NCBI GenBank assembly: GCA_965213705.1 | Contig: OZ243913.1 | Location: forward strand, 96,001 to 160,000 | Direction of reading: 5' to 3' | Length of the DNA: 64,000 nt | DNA from: Trueperaceae bacterium | GTDB taxonomy: Bacteria; Deinococcota; Deinococci; Deinococcales; Trueperaceae | Part shown: one piece after another, positions 1 through 10,196 of the stretch | How the letters are laid out: every line of letters starts with the position of its first letter | Position numbering within the stretch: the first letter of the stretch is position 1 | Notes under the pieces: model-generated | Database searches by the model: none | The model's input: only the letters and a program-made list of their open reading frames with translations | What the model was told of the DNA's origin: nothing | Program-made: the position numbers and the translations under genes

Positions 1-465
1 CCGCTTGTACCTAAAGTCGCAGTATCCAGCACCCGCCATAAGGGTCTGGGTTCTCTCGAACGACACCTCGTCGCTGTAGCCGGCTATCAGGGCGGCGTCG
101 CGGTTGCAAGACAGGGTCGCGCCCAAGTCGGCCATACCCAGGGCCCGGTAAAGCTCGGCGTAGCGGCAGCGCGTAACGTTGAAAGCCCAAACGTCCTCGC
201 CGCGCTCCAACTCTTCTATCTCGAGCGCCCCACCTCGAAACCATGGCTCCCACTGCGCGGCGAAACCTTCCAAACTGCCCTGGTCTTGCTCACGCATCCT
301 GCGGCCGGTCTCGCGGGCAGCCTCTACGACGACGTCGCGCAGCAAGGCGCGCGTTTTTTCCTCACCGAGTTCCGCCGCTACGGCTTCAAAAAAAGGCTGC
401 AGGACCCGCGCTTCTATCTCGCGGCGCGTCAGCACGCCGACCTGTTCGTTCAGGGTGTCTTTCAC
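1..465 (-). CDS. L-2-amino-thiazoline-4-carboxylic acid hydrolase family protein (3' end runs off the window)
   Basis: Not in the ORF track. Manual translation from GTG at 465 gives MKDTLNEQVGVLTRREIEARVLQPFFEA...FNVTRCRYAELYRALGMADLGATLSCNRD...FERTQTLMAGAGYCDFRYKR, with the three-Cys pattern typical of this family. The frame is open to position 1. Confidence 0.8.
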   Translation of the reverse strand, partial: MKDTLNEQVGVLTRREIEARVLQPFFEAVAAELGEEKTRALLRDVVVEAARETGRRMREQDQGSLEGFAAQWEPWFRGGALEIEELERGEDVWAFNVTRCRYAELYRALGMADLGATLSCNRDAALIAGYSDEVSFERTQTLMAGAGYCDFRYKR

Positions 466-486
466 AACCGCAGTTTAAGCCAATCC

Positions 487-1506
487 TTAATGAACGTGCA
501 GGACTCTAAAAAACAAGAAGCCTACATAACCCACGTAAGCGAGCAGCAGCGCGCCGCCCCCGAGCCTGCCCAGGCGGCTGCCCCTGAACATCATAAGGAA
601 GACCGCCGCGCTGAAAGCCAGCATCACGCCCAAGTTGGGCGCGGCGCGAACGAATGGCTCCCTGACCGGCGTGACCAGGGCGGTTACGCCCAGCACCGCC
701 AAGACGTTGAAGATGTTCGAGCCGACGATGTTGCCCAGGATGATGTCGGTCTCTTTGCGCAACGCGGCCACCGCGCTGCTGGCGAGTTCCGGCAGGCTCG
801 TACCGAAAGCGACGAGGCTCAAACCGATGACCGCTTCCGGCACGCCGAAAGCCCGAGCGAGCGCCGCCGCGCCGACCACGAGCAGCCGCGCGCCGACCAC
901 GAGCAGCCCCACGCCGAGCGTGAGAAACAGCAGCGAGCGCCACAGAGGCGTCTCGGCTTCGGCTGCAGCGGTAGCGGGCGCAGGAACACCGGGTACCGAG
1001 GTGTCAGGTGCAGTGACGGGTGCAGCAGTGACGGGTGTAGAAGTGACGGGCGCAGTGACTTGGGCGACGTTGTCCGCCTTAAACAAGTAAAAGAGGTAGA
1101 CGCCCAGGACGACCAAGAGAAGTGCGCCCTCGAGCCTGCCCACCACGCCGTTCCACAAAACGGGCACGAGCAGCGCGCTTACCCCCAACATGATGGGCAC
1201 TTCGCGGCGTACAAAGTTCGGGGTGCTCTCGAGCGGGTAGAGCAGCGCGGTCAAACCCAAAATAAGCCCGACGTTGGCGATGTTCGAGCCCACCACGTTG
1301 CCGAGCGCGAGTTCCGGCAGGCCCTGCAACGTCGCGGCCAGGGTCGCCGCCAACTCCGGCGCGGAGGTCCCGAAAGCCACGACGGTCAAACCGATGACGA
1401 CCGAACTTATGTTCAAGCGCCCGGCCAAACGCACGGCGTTGTTGACGAGCAGCTCACCGCCGTAGTAAAGCAGCGCCACCCCCAAAATTACGAACAACAG
1501 GTTCAC
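487..1506 (-). CDS. Calcium/sodium antiporter (CaCA, YrbG-like)
   Basis: Two alpha-repeats (GTSAPEL/GTSLPEL, GNVVGSNIAN/GNIVGSNIFN), a hydrophobic profile and a Pro/Thr/Ala-rich central loop. Confidence 0.92.
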   Translation of the reverse strand: MNLLFVILGVALLYYGGELLVNNAVRLAGRLNISSVVIGLTVVAFGTSAPELAATLAATLQGLPELALGNVVGSNIANVGLILGLTALLYPLESTPNFVRREVPIMLGVSALLVPVLWNGVVGRLEGALLLVVLGVYLFYLFKADNVAQVTAPVTSTPVTAAPVTAPDTSVPGVPAPATAAAEAETPLWRSLLFLTLGVGLLVVGARLLVVGAAALARAFGVPEAVIGLSLVAFGTSLPELASSAVAALRKETDIILGNIVGSNIFNVLAVLGVTALVTPVREPFVRAAPNLGVMLAFSAAVFLMMFRGSRLGRLGGGALLLAYVGYVGFLFFRVLHVH

Positions 1507-1687
1507 AGTCTCAGGCTAACAGATAAGTCGGTCGCGCCGCACGGGACGGGCTGTCTAAAGGGTCCAAACGTGCAGAAGCTCGTTTGGGTCTACAGCTCCG
1601 GTCCGCAAAAGTTTCGCCCGGCCCTGTTCGGATTGAGGCCTATAAGTGCCGACCAGAGAAAGGGCAAGCGCTTGAAAAGCGTCGTGT

Positions 1688-1742
1688 CGTACCCTTTCGA
1701 GACTGTTCGACTCGGAGGGACAGAAGACGAGCGGAAAAGGGT
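1688..1742 (+). repeat. Degenerate partial copy of the dispersed intergenic repeat family
   Basis: acccttt-cg...ttcgactcggagggacagaagacgagcggaaaaggg aligns by eye with the reverse complement of about 32220-32275. Confidence 0.45.
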
Positions 1743-1867
1743 AATGCGGGAGGCGAAGCGGCGACACGGCGGCCCACCCGCAAACGGTACGCTTTGTGCC
1801 TTGAAACGCTTTCAACATCAGCTCTTGCTGTCAAGACCTCTTCTGCCAAATCCTCTATTACCAGGTC

Positions 1868-3013
1868 CTATTCGGCCGAGCTTTCTCCTACCAAGGTCTG
1901 AGCCGCCGAGTTTTCCGCCGACAGCACCGCCAACAGCACGTCGACGACGCGGGGCGAGAACCATTTGCCGCGTTGTTCTTTGATTTCGGCGACGGCTTCG
2001 GCCACGCTCCAGGCGGGTTTGTAGGGCCGAACGTGCGTGAGGGTGTCGAACACGTCGGCGACCGCCACGATTTGACCGCTGAGCGGAATCTCGTCCCCCG
2101 CCAGCCCACGCGGATAACCGCTGCCGTCGTAGCGTTCGTGGTGAGTCAGGGCGACGGTTTCGGCAAGTTGAACGAGACGCGAGCCACCGCGCGCCAGCAG
2201 TTTGGCCCCGAGTTCGACGTGCGTTTTCATCACCTTCCATTCCTGCGCCGAAAGCTTGCCGGGTTTGAGTAAAACGTCGTCGGGAATGCCGATTTTGCCG
2301 ACGTCGTGGAGTGAAGCGGCTCGCTGGAGCAGCTCGGCTTCGGCCTCACCGAAACCCAAACCGCGGGCGAGTTGCGCCGACAACGCGCCGACGCGACCTG
2401 TGTGCTGGCCGGTCGTGTAGTCGCGGTATTCCGAGGCCAAGGCCAAGCGCTCGATAACGTCCAGACGGGCCGTTTCCAGTTCCAGGGTGCGCTCGCGGAC
2501 TTTGCCCTCTAAGTCCTCGCTGTGTTTTTTGAGCGCCAGGTGCAAAAAACGGGTCTGCAACAAGTTGGCGACGCGCACCTTTATCTGGTTCATCTTGAAA
2601 GGTTTGTTGAGAAAATCCTTCGCGCCTGCGGCCAGCGCCCTCTCCTCTATTTCGGGGTTGGTGTCGGCGGTGAGCATGAGGATGGGCAGGTACGTCCCGC
2701 CGCCTATCCGGTCGCTCAGTTGCGTGAGCAGCTCGAGCCCGCTCACAAAAGGCATGTTTAAGTCGGTGCAAACGAGGTCGGGTTGAAAATGCTCGAACAG
2801 GGTCAGCGCCTCGCGCGGGTCGTTGGTGCTCTCGATTCGCGTGTAGCCCGCCCGGTTCAAAATGCGCGTCAGCAAAACGAGGTTGACTGCCTCGTCGTCG
2901 ACGAGGAGAATTTTAGCGCTACCCAGCAGCGCCACCTCAGCGCCCGCCGAGACTTCGTGAGTTGAAAGAACGGGTGCCGAGCCGTTGTGTGGCGGAACGT
3001 CGTTGTAGGTCAT
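1868..3013 (-). CDS. Response regulator with HD-GYP c-di-GMP phosphodiesterase domain (RpfG-like)
   Basis: REC domain (ILLVDDE, DLNMP, FLNKP) plus LHDVGKIG and HHERYDGSGYP. ATG at 3013 has an AAAGGA RBS; the track start at 3031 is also possible. Confidence 0.93.
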   Translation of the reverse strand: MTYNDVPPHNGSAPVLSTHEVSAGAEVALLGSAKILLVDDEAVNLVLLTRILNRAGYTRIESTNDPREALTLFEHFQPDLVCTDLNMPFVSGLELLTQLSDRIGGGTYLPILMLTADTNPEIEERALAAGAKDFLNKPFKMNQIKVRVANLLQTRFLHLALKKHSEDLEGKVRERTLELETARLDVIERLALASEYRDYTTGQHTGRVGALSAQLARGLGFGEAEAELLQRAASLHDVGKIGIPDDVLLKPGKLSAQEWKVMKTHVELGAKLLARGGSRLVQLAETVALTHHERYDGSGYPRGLAGDEIPLSGQIVAVADVFDTLTHVRPYKPAWSVAEAVAEIKEQRGKWFSPRVVDVLLAVLSAENSAAQTLVGESSAE

Positions 3014-3108
3014 GGTCGGTTTCCTTTTCACGCTCAGCCCCAGCCGACGTTACTACGCCAGGCCTGACAAAATTCTTACACCCCCGCGTTGCCGCGTCTC
3101 GGTTGAGG

Positions 3109-3174
3109 CGTGTTCGGGGAGGTCTATTTCAGGAGGTGTATTTCGGGAGGTGTATTCGGGAAGGTGGGTTCGGG
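3109..3174 (+). repeat. Imperfect ~14-bp tandem repeat (ggaggtgtatttc-like, about 4 units)
   Basis: gtgttcggggaggtctatttcaggaggtgtatttcgggaggtgtattcgggaaggtgggttcggg, between the divergent HD-GYP regulator and galT. Confidence 0.7.
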
Positions 3175-3253
3175 TCGGCCGAACCTGCTTACGCGTCCCC
3201 GGATTAGCTTTGTCACGTCGCGCGGCGGCGGCTTACTGCTAAACTTGCCCGTA

Positions 3254-4258
3254 ATGCCGCAGTTCCGCAAAGACCCGTTCGGCCCGGCTTGGGTCATCAT
3301 TTCACCCGAGCGCGGTCTCGAGCCTTCGGATTTCGGCAGTGCCGGGGGTGTGGCGGCGACCTCACCCCTGTCGCCGGGCGCCGAAACGCGCCTGGGCAAA
3401 GAGGTGCGCGCGCTGCGCCCGGCGGGTTCCGGCACAAACGCCCCCGACTGGCGGGTGCGGGTGCTCGAGCCCTACGCGAGCCTGTTGGAAGCGGACAAGC
3501 CGTTTCAACCCAGCGGCGACGAACCTTTCATAGCGGCGGCCAGCAGCGGCTACCAAGAACTCGTCGTCGACCATCCCGAAGCCGACATGAGCTTAGACCG
3601 CATGACCCCTGAACACGTCACCGAACTGCTCAAACTCTACCGCGAACGTTTGAGCCTGTTGGCGGGCAAACCCGGCATCCGCCATATTCAGCTCACCAGG
3701 AGCGTCGGGCGGGCGGCGGGCGCGGCTTACGACCACCCGCACACACAGCTGTTGGCGGTGCCGGTCGGCAACCGCTGGCTGGACGAAGAAAAACTAGCGG
3801 CGCAAGACCACCACGCACGCCACGCTCGCTGTTTATTTTGCGACGTCATCGCGGCGGAGCTGACCTTTAAGGCGCGGCTGGTCAGCTACAACGAACACTT
3901 TATCGCCCTGGCGCCTTACGCCTCGAAGACGCCTTTCGAGACGTGGCTGCTACCTCGTCAGCACAGTAGCGGTTTTACCGCCCTGGCGAGCAACACAGTT
4001 CCTTACTTGACGGACCTGTTGCAGAACATGGTGCGGGCCATGAACACAGCCCTCGACCGCCCGCCCTACAACTTGATTTTGCACACCCTACCCCTCGAGG
4101 ACGATTCTCGGTATCATTGGCACATCGAACTGTTGCCACGCCTTACCAAACACAGCGGTTTCGACTGGAGCAGCGGCTTTTACGTCAACCCGACCCCGCC
4201 CGAGGACGCCGCCCGTTTCCTGCGGGGCGCCCTGGCCCTGCAAGAGGTCAACGCGTGA
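3254..4258 (+). CDS. galT: Galactose-1-phosphate uridylyltransferase
   Basis: MPQFRKDPFGPAWVIISPER N-terminus, HPHTQ active-site motif, CLFC, APYAS..PFETW and YHWHIEL. A TAAACT -10 lies 8 nt upstream (probably leaderless). Confidence 0.88.
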   Translation: MPQFRKDPFGPAWVIISPERGLEPSDFGSAGGVAATSPLSPGAETRLGKEVRALRPAGSGTNAPDWRVRVLEPYASLLEADKPFQPSGDEPFIAAASSGYQELVVDHPEADMSLDRMTPEHVTELLKLYRERLSLLAGKPGIRHIQLTRSVGRAAGAAYDHPHTQLLAVPVGNRWLDEEKLAAQDHHARHARCLFCDVIAAELTFKARLVSYNEHFIALAPYASKTPFETWLLPRQHSSGFTALASNTVPYLTDLLQNMVRAMNTALDRPPYNLILHTLPLEDDSRYHWHIELLPRLTKHSGFDWSSGFYVNPTPPEDAARFLRGALALQEVNA

Positions 4259-4644
4259 CGGTCCGGCGGCGCGAAGCGGCTCGGGGCCGCGCCGGGCGCG
4301 GCGCGGCGCGGTCGCAAACCGGTCCGGCCCAGCGCAACCGCGGCGTCAACATGATTTTTTTGCTGCTGGCTATCGTCGGCAGCTTACACGCCGTGACCAT
4401 GCTCGGCGTCGAAACTTGGCGCGGTTTTGCGGGCGCGCAAGAGGTGACGCGGCTGGAGCAGGACATAGGCGCGTTGCAGTTTGAAATCGGCGGCCTGCAA
4501 GCGGTTGTCGACCACGCCGCAGACAAGGCCTACCGCGAACAGCTCGCGCGGTGCTTGGGCTTTATCTACCCCGACGAGACGCGCTTTATCACGTTGCTCG
4601 AGCCCGGCCAAGAGCCGACGTTGAGCGGGCCGCTTTGTCACTGA
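4255..4644 (+). CDS. Septum formation initiator family protein (FtsB/DivIC-like)
   Basis: GTGA overlap with the galT stop. One TM helix, a coiled coil and a YREQLARCLGFIYPDE motif (E..AR..LG...P.E). Confidence 0.72.
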   Translation: MTVRRREAARGRAGRGAARSQTGPAQRNRGVNMIFLLLAIVGSLHAVTMLGVETWRGFAGAQEVTRLEQDIGALQFEIGGLQAVVDHAADKAYREQLARCLGFIYPDETRFITLLEPGQEPTLSGPLCH

Positions 4645-4673
4645 GTATGGCCCGCCGGTAGCTTACAGAAAAA

Positions 4674-4883
4674 CCTCAGACTGAAGGCTGCTCGACACTT
4701 TTCGGTCGAACCTCGTACCCTTTTCGTGTGATTCCCTTGAAATTGAACGCGAGCAGGGCGCGCAGAAAGACTCGCGAAGAAAGCCTACGGACGGTGATAC
4801 TACAGCTCGTAAACCTTGGAACATTTGTTCGCTTCATCGCTAGTCCGCATCACCTGATTCGACCGAACTTGAGAAGTCTGAGG
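4674..4883 (+). repeat. Longest copy of a dispersed structured intergenic repeat (nested inverted repeats)
   Basis: Inverted pairs cctcagact(4674-4682)/agtctgagg(4875-4883), ttcggtcgaa(4701-4710)/ttcgaccgaa(4858-4867) and cggacggtgat(4788-4798)/atcgctagtccg(4836-4847). The loop carries TACAGCTCGTAAACCTT (4801-4817), which recurs at 17149 and 36009. Confidence 0.8.
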
Positions 4884-5004
4884 CCGTACCCGTCCTAACA
4901 TAGGCTTTGTCTTGCGGGCTCGAGGCCGTCTTTCCAACTCGATGTTCCTTGTGCGGTTTGCCCTGCGCCAATCGGGTATCCTGAAAAAACACTTGGAGGC
5001 TGCT

Positions 5005-6570
5005 TTGCCGGACGATACTTTGACCTGGATGAACGAACTCACCGCCGAGATGGAAGAACGGCGCAAGCGCGTGGAGCGGGGCGGCGGCGCGGCGCGACTC
5101 AAAAAACAGCACGAGGCCGGCAAACTGAGCGCGAGGGAGCGTGTTCATACCCTACTGGACGAGGACACGTTCACCGAACTCGGCGTTTTTACCGAACACT
5201 CGGGCGGCGAACTCATGGCGGGCATCGACGCGCCCGGCGAGGGCGTGGTGACCGGCTACGGGCAAGTGGGCGGGCGCACGGTGTTCGTGTTCAGCCAGGA
5301 CTTTACCGTACTGGGCGGCTCGCTCGGCAAGATGCACGGCCAAAAAATCGCCCAAGTCATGGACCTGGCCGTCAAGACGGGCGCGCCGATTATCGGCCTG
5401 AACGACTCGGCGGGGGCGCGCATCCAAGAAGGTGTCGACTCGCTTTCGGGCTACGGCGAGGTGTTTTACCGCAACGCGGTCTACTCGGGCGTGGTGCCGC
5501 AAATCAGCGCGATTTTGGGGCCCTGCGCGGGCGGCGCGGTCTACAGCCCGGCGCTGACCGACTTCGTGGTGATGGCTAAGGGCTCGTCGTACATGTTCAT
5601 CACCGGGCCGGAGGTGATTCGGTCCGTCACCAAAGAAGACGTGACTTTTGAAGAGTTGGGCGGGGCCGACGTGCACACCCGCACTTCGGGCGTGGCCCAC
5701 TTGGAGGCCGAGGACGACGAGGGCGTGCTCGAGAACATCCGTAAGCTACTTACCTACTTGCCCCAGTCCGCCAAGGAAAAGCCGCCCCTCAAACCGACCC
5801 AAGACCCGGACACCCGCCGCACCCCGGAACTCTTGAAAATCGTCCACCCCGACCAGCGCCGCCCTTACCCGATGACGGACGTTATCGAGACGATAGTGGA
5901 CGACAAAACTTTTTTCGAAATCCAGCCGGACTTCGCCAAAAACATCGTTGTCGGTTTTGCCCATCTGGGCTCTCAAGCCGTCGGTATCGTCGCTAACAAC
6001 CCGCGGCACTTGGCGGGCACGCTCAACATCGACGCGTCGGACAAGGCCGCCCGCTTTATCCGCACCTGCGACTGTTTCAACGTGCCGGTGGTAACGTTGG
6101 TCGACGTGACCGGGTTTTTGCCCGGCGTCGCGCAGGAGCACGCAGGCATCATCCGGCACGGCGCGAAGATGCTCTACGCCTACGCCGAGGCGACGGTCCC
6201 GAAAATCACTTTAATCGTCCGCAAGAGCTATGGCGGCGCGTATCTGGCTATGAACTCGCGCGACATGGGCGCGGACGTGGTGCTCGCCTGGCCCACCTCG
6301 GCGGTCGCGGTGATGGGGGCGGAAGGTGCCGCCAACATCATCTACCGACGCGACATCGCCGGTTCCAAACACCCCGAAGCGACCCGCGCCGAAAAAATTG
6401 CCGAGTACAAGCGTAAGTTCGACAACCCCTACCGCGCGGCGGCGCGTGGCTACATCGACGACGTCATCGACCCCAAAGACACGCGGGGCCACCTCATTCG
6501 CCACCTGCGAATGTTGGCGCACAAGCGCGAGGAGCGGCCCTTTAAGAAGCACGGCAACCTGCCCCTGTAA
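5005..6570 (+). CDS. pccB: Acyl-CoA (propionyl-CoA) carboxylase carboxyltransferase beta subunit
   Basis: GKLSARER, DFTVLGGSLG, DSAGARIQEG, GPCAGGAVY and the KKHGNLPL C-terminus. TTG at 5005 follows GGAGG. Confidence 0.93.
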   Translation: MPDDTLTWMNELTAEMEERRKRVERGGGAARLKKQHEAGKLSARERVHTLLDEDTFTELGVFTEHSGGELMAGIDAPGEGVVTGYGQVGGRTVFVFSQDFTVLGGSLGKMHGQKIAQVMDLAVKTGAPIIGLNDSAGARIQEGVDSLSGYGEVFYRNAVYSGVVPQISAILGPCAGGAVYSPALTDFVVMAKGSSYMFITGPEVIRSVTKEDVTFEELGGADVHTRTSGVAHLEAEDDEGVLENIRKLLTYLPQSAKEKPPLKPTQDPDTRRTPELLKIVHPDQRRPYPMTDVIETIVDDKTFFEIQPDFAKNIVVGFAHLGSQAVGIVANNPRHLAGTLNIDASDKAARFIRTCDCFNVPVVTLVDVTGFLPGVAQEHAGIIRHGAKMLYAYAEATVPKITLIVRKSYGGAYLAMNSRDMGADVVLAWPTSAVAVMGAEGAANIIYRRDIAGSKHPEATRAEKIAEYKRKFDNPYRAAARGYIDDVIDPKDTRGHLIRHLRMLAHKREERPFKKHGNLPL

Positions 6571-6713
6571 CCGCTTTCTGCGCTTCGCGCAGTGCTCACG
6601 TAGTGCTCGCATAATGCGGAGGCGCTGCGGCGCTCACCCGAACGGAACGCACGCCGCAGCAAAGGGTCGCGCCCAAAAGCGCTCGAGCTTTGAGCGCGAC
6701 CCGAGAACCCCAC

Positions 6714-6950
6714 TCAGGACAGGTCTTGCTCCGTACCCACGAGCGGCAACAGGTATTCGTAGAGACGGCCCACGTCGTCCGTGACGATTTCCCAAACCGC
6801 CAGGTCGGGCCGAAGCTCGTAGGCGAGGTCGTTCAGCCGCGCCACGAACGTCACGTCCCAGGCGTCACGGTGCTGAATAAGGTGATTCAGGAAGCCCTCA
6901 GGCACGTTCCCCCCGAGGGCGTACGCCAACACTTCTCTAAGGTCTAACAT
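6714..6950 (-). CDS. Small hypothetical protein downstream of recA
   Basis: 78-aa ORF with an ATG start and protein-like composition, 31 nt downstream of recA on the same strand. Confidence 0.6.
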   Translation of the reverse strand: MLDLREVLAYALGGNVPEGFLNHLIQHRDAWDVTFVARLNDLAYELRPDLAVWEIVTDDVGRLYEYLLPLVGTEQDLS

Positions 6951-6981
6951 CTCGAGTCCAGCCTACCCCCAATGTACGGGT

Positions 6982-8022
6982 TTATTCGTCAAACAGAGTC
7001 GTTTCCTCAACCCTACCCTTAACTTTAACCGGCTCGCCCTTGAGGACAGCCACAACTCTTTGCTTTATCTCCTCGATAAGCTCAGGGTTATCCTGCAGGT
7101 ACTGGGCGGCTTTCTCTTTGCCCTGACCTAAGCGCTGTTCGTTATAGCCGTACCACGAGCCCGACTTGTTGACCACGTCCAGGTCTGTCGCTACCGTGAT
7201 GAGGTCGCCCAGCTTGTCGATGCCGCGGCCGAACATAATCTCGACCTCGGCCTCTTTGAAGGGCGGGGCCACTTTGTTCTTGGTGACTTTCACGCGGGTT
7301 AAGTTGCCCACCTTGTCCGCGCCCGACTTCACGTCGCCCTTGCGGCGCACTTCCATACGCACCGAGGCGTAGAACTTAAGCGCCCGGCCGCCCGGCGTGG
7401 TCTCGGGGTTGCCGTACATCACGCCGATTTTCTCCCTGATTTGGTTGATGAAGATGGCCGTCGTGTGGCTCTTGGACAAGATGCCGGTGAGTTTGCGTAA
7501 AGCTTGGCTCATCAGTCTGGCTTGCAAGCCGACGTGCGAGTCGCCCATCTCGCCTTCGATTTCGGCTCTCGGTACCAGTGCTGCGACGCTGTCGATGACG
7601 ATGATGTCGACCGCGCCCGACCGAACCAGCAGTTCGGTTATCTCCAAGGCTTGTTCGCCGGTGTCGGGTTGCGAGACGAGCAAGTTGTCGACGTCGACGC
7701 CGATGGCTTTGGCGTAACTCGGGTCGAGCGCGTGTTCGGCGTCGATAAAAGCCGCCACCCCGCCCACGCGTTGCGCTTCGGCGACGACGTGCAAGGAGAG
7801 CGTGGTCTTGCCGCCGGATTCGGGGCCGTAGATTTCGACCACTCTACCCCTGGGCAAGCCGCCTACGCCCAAAGCCAGGTCCACCGACATCGAGCCGGTG
7901 GAGATGACGCCCTGTTCCAAACGCCCGGTTTCGTCTCCCAGACGCATCACCGCGCCCTTGCCGAACTGCTTCTCTATTTGCAAGAGGGTGTTGCTCAGGC
8001 TTTTTTGTTTTTCGTCGCTCAT
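6982..8022 (-). CDS. recA: Recombinase RecA
   Basis: [17 protein letters not shown] Walker [38 protein letters not shown]. Confidence 0.99.
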   Translation of the reverse strand: MSDEKQKSLSNTLLQIEKQFGKGAVMRLGDETGRLEQGVISTGSMSVDLALGVGGLPRGRVVEIYGPESGGKTTLSLHVVAEAQRVGGVAAFIDAEHALDPSYAKAIGVDVDNLLVSQPDTGEQALEITELLVRSGAVDIIVIDSVAALVPRAEIEGEMGDSHVGLQARLMSQALRKLTGILSKSHTTAIFINQIREKIGVMYGNPETTPGGRALKFYASVRMEVRRKGDVKSGADKVGNLTRVKVTKNKVAPPFKEAEVEIMFGRGIDKLGDLITVATDLDVVNKSGSWYGYNEQRLGQGKEKAAQYLQDNPELIEEIKQRVVAVLKGEPVKVKGRVEETTLFDE

Positions 8023-8446
8023 GTTCGTCTCCTCAACCTCGGCAGATGACGGGCTGTCTCGAGTCAGCCGCGTGCGTGTAAAAATTATACCTTATTTTTT
8101 AAGGCAACATCAAAAGCTGCCTGTGGCTTGGCGCCTATCGGTTTGTTCACACAACTGACCGAAGCAAGGCGGCTCGAGCCCCGAGCGCAACGCTTGAAAC
8201 GTTTAGAAAGCGTTGTCCACAGTCACCAACTTGAGACCTCTCAACGAGATAAAACTTGCACAGGTTAAAGACAAAAAGCCGGACACCTTTTGGCCGTTAC
8301 GCTGAGACGAACGCAAGGCTCGAAAGACACGCGGCCGTTCCGAAGTTCCGGCGGGTCGACGTCTGTCCTGAAGCGCGGTTCGAGCTGAACCGCGGCGCGT
8401 CCGTAAGGACGACCGCATGGGGTTTTTCAGTGAGCGTCGGCGGTAC

Positions 8447-9061
8447 TCAAACCAACGACCTGGAAACCTGAAAACGTCGCCACACCAGGTACACGCCACC
8501 GGCGAACAAAACACCCAGGACGAGCCAGCCGTAGGCGTTGGCGAAGGGAATCAACGCGTGCCAGTTGCGCCCCAACAGCGCTCCGGCAGCGACGAGCAGG
8601 GCGTTCCAGAGGAGCGTTCCCAGGGTAGTCAGCGCGGTAAAACGCCACGGGTTGACGGCCAAAAACCCTGCCGGTATGGACACGAGCGTGCGCAGCGTCG
8701 GCACAAAGCGGGCAAATACCAACGCATGAACGTCGAAGCGTTCGTAAAGAGCCAAAACCCTGTCGAGGTCGCTTTCGCGCAGCAACACAAAACGGCCCCG
8801 CCGACGTATAAACCGGCGCACCCGCACCTCACCGAGGGCTCGAGCCGCGCCGTAAAAAATAAGTTGGCCCAACAGCGCCCCGAGCGTTCCCGCCGCGAGC
8901 ACGCTTGCAAAGCCCAGGTCGCCGCGCGCGACCAAAAAGCCGGCAAACGGCAAAACCAGCTCGGGTGCCAAAAAAAGGAGCAACAGGGCGACCCCGAGGT
9001 AGTCGAGCGACGCGACCGCGGCGGTGATAAATCCCAGGCTGTCTCCCAAAACCTCGAGCAC
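8447..9061 (-). CDS. DedA/SNARE-associated membrane protein
   Basis: PELVLPFAGF, GTLGALLG, FARFVPTLRTLVSIPAG motifs. Confidence 0.9.
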   Translation of the reverse strand: MLEVLGDSLGFITAAVASLDYLGVALLLLFLAPELVLPFAGFLVARGDLGFASVLAAGTLGALLGQLIFYGAARALGEVRVRRFIRRRGRFVLLRESDLDRVLALYERFDVHALVFARFVPTLRTLVSIPAGFLAVNPWRFTALTTLGTLLWNALLVAAGALLGRNWHALIPFANAYGWLVLGVLFAGGVYLVWRRFQVSRSLV

Positions 9062-9175
9062 GCTCTACCTTACAGCCCGCGCAGAAGCGCGACGGTAGGG
9101 AAAACTACCACCAAGGGTAGAGCGTCTTTGTTTTGAGGGGGCAAGTGCGGAACGGCTTTTCGGCGGACTGGTCGC

Positions 9176-10135
9176 TCAGTTCGGGGCATTCTTCAAACCG
9201 CCTTGCTTTTGTTCAAGCAACAACGTTTTCAACTCAGCGTCCGGCTCCGGCCGCGCCCCTAAGCGCTCGACCACCCAAGCCGAGACGCGGGTGGCGAACA
9301 CCGCTGCCGCCTCGGCACTTTGGTTTTGCAAATAGCGCGCCAAGAACGCCCCAGCGAAAGAGTCCCCCGCGCCGGTCGCGTCGAGGAGACGATTAGTGGC
9401 CGGCGGAACACGGCTGAACTTGCCCCGGTCCAAAACGAGCGCGCCTTCGGCGTCCAGCTTGAGCGCGACAAGCGCGCCGGGATAAAGCCCGGCAAGTGCC
9501 GTGGCGACCGCCCTGGGCTCGGTCAAGCCGGTGAGCGCTTGACCTTCTTCTAAGTTTGGGAAAAAAAGCTTGACCCCCAAGTCTCGTGTGCAGTCCAAAA
9601 AACGCGTCACGCCCATCTCGTGGATCATCTGAAACGAGCCCGGGTCGAACGACAGGGTTGCGCCCGCCGCCGCCGCGATTTGCGCCGCTTGCCGCGCGGT
9701 CGTGCGGGGCGGGTCGCTGAAAAACGACCAAGCGGTCAGGTGCAGGTGGCGCGTCTTTGCCAGCGCGGCCTCGGGCAGTTCCGCGGGCAACAAGTAAAAG
9801 TCCGCGCCTTGGCCGGAGACCATCGAACGTTCGCCGGTAGCGTCGACAAACACCGCGACGGAGCCGGTAGGGTGCGCCGGGCTGCTGACCAGCAGGGGCT
9901 CGACACCTTCTTTTTGCAACTCCTCGCGGGCTAAGCCGCCGAAACGGTCTTGTCCGACCTTGCCGATGAAGGTCGTGGCCGTGCCGCACCGCTGCGCCCA
10001 CACGGCCACATTGGCGGCGCTGCCGCCAGGACTCAGCGTCACCTCGCCCAAGGTGTCGCCGCCCCTAAGCAGGTCGCGCTCCGTGCGGATGAGCACGTCC
10101 CAGGCGTAATCTCCCAAAACCACCAGGTCCCTCAT
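9176..10135 (-). CDS. PfkB family carbohydrate kinase
   Basis: PGGSAANVA and DATGAGDSF PfkB signatures. ATG at 10135 is 8 nt after TACACT. Confidence 0.92.
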   Translation of the reverse strand: MRDLVVLGDYAWDVLIRTERDLLRGGDTLGEVTLSPGGSAANVAVWAQRCGTATTFIGKVGQDRFGGLAREELQKEGVEPLLVSSPAHPTGSVAVFVDATGERSMVSGQGADFYLLPAELPEAALAKTRHLHLTAWSFFSDPPRTTARQAAQIAAAAGATLSFDPGSFQMIHEMGVTRFLDCTRDLGVKLFFPNLEEGQALTGLTEPRAVATALAGLYPGALVALKLDAEGALVLDRGKFSRVPPATNRLLDATGAGDSFAGAFLARYLQNQSAEAAAVFATRVSAWVVERLGARPEPDAELKTLLLEQKQGGLKNAPN

Positions 10136-10196
10136 AAAGCGTGAGTGTAACACTCTTTACAAGCGCACCCGAACCGACAGTGACTTTTCTCGCACG

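Noticed and set aside
11..253. 80-aa minus-strand ORF in the track
   Set aside because: Wrong frame; the frame from GTG 465 gives a recognisable ATC-hydrolase-family protein.
286..1983. 565-aa + strand ORF
   Set aside because: Antisense shadow of the antiporter and neighbouring genes; no recognisable motifs. Such ORFs are common in high-GC DNA.
8023..8160. RDRM (DdrO box) or LexA box upstream of recA
   Set aside because: The AT-rich stretch near 8080-8110 does not form a convincing palindrome of either type by eye.
8110..8440. Short words shared with the dispersed repeat (gacacctttt, caaggctcgaaa), and similar bits at about 33550-33565 and 34975-34995
   Set aside because: Matches of about 10 nt without colinear alignment are too weak to call as copies without computation.
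9176..10135. PfkB kinase as the pseudouridine kinase partner of psuG
   Set aside because: It lies 26 kb away and shows no substrate-specific features; only the family call is supported.
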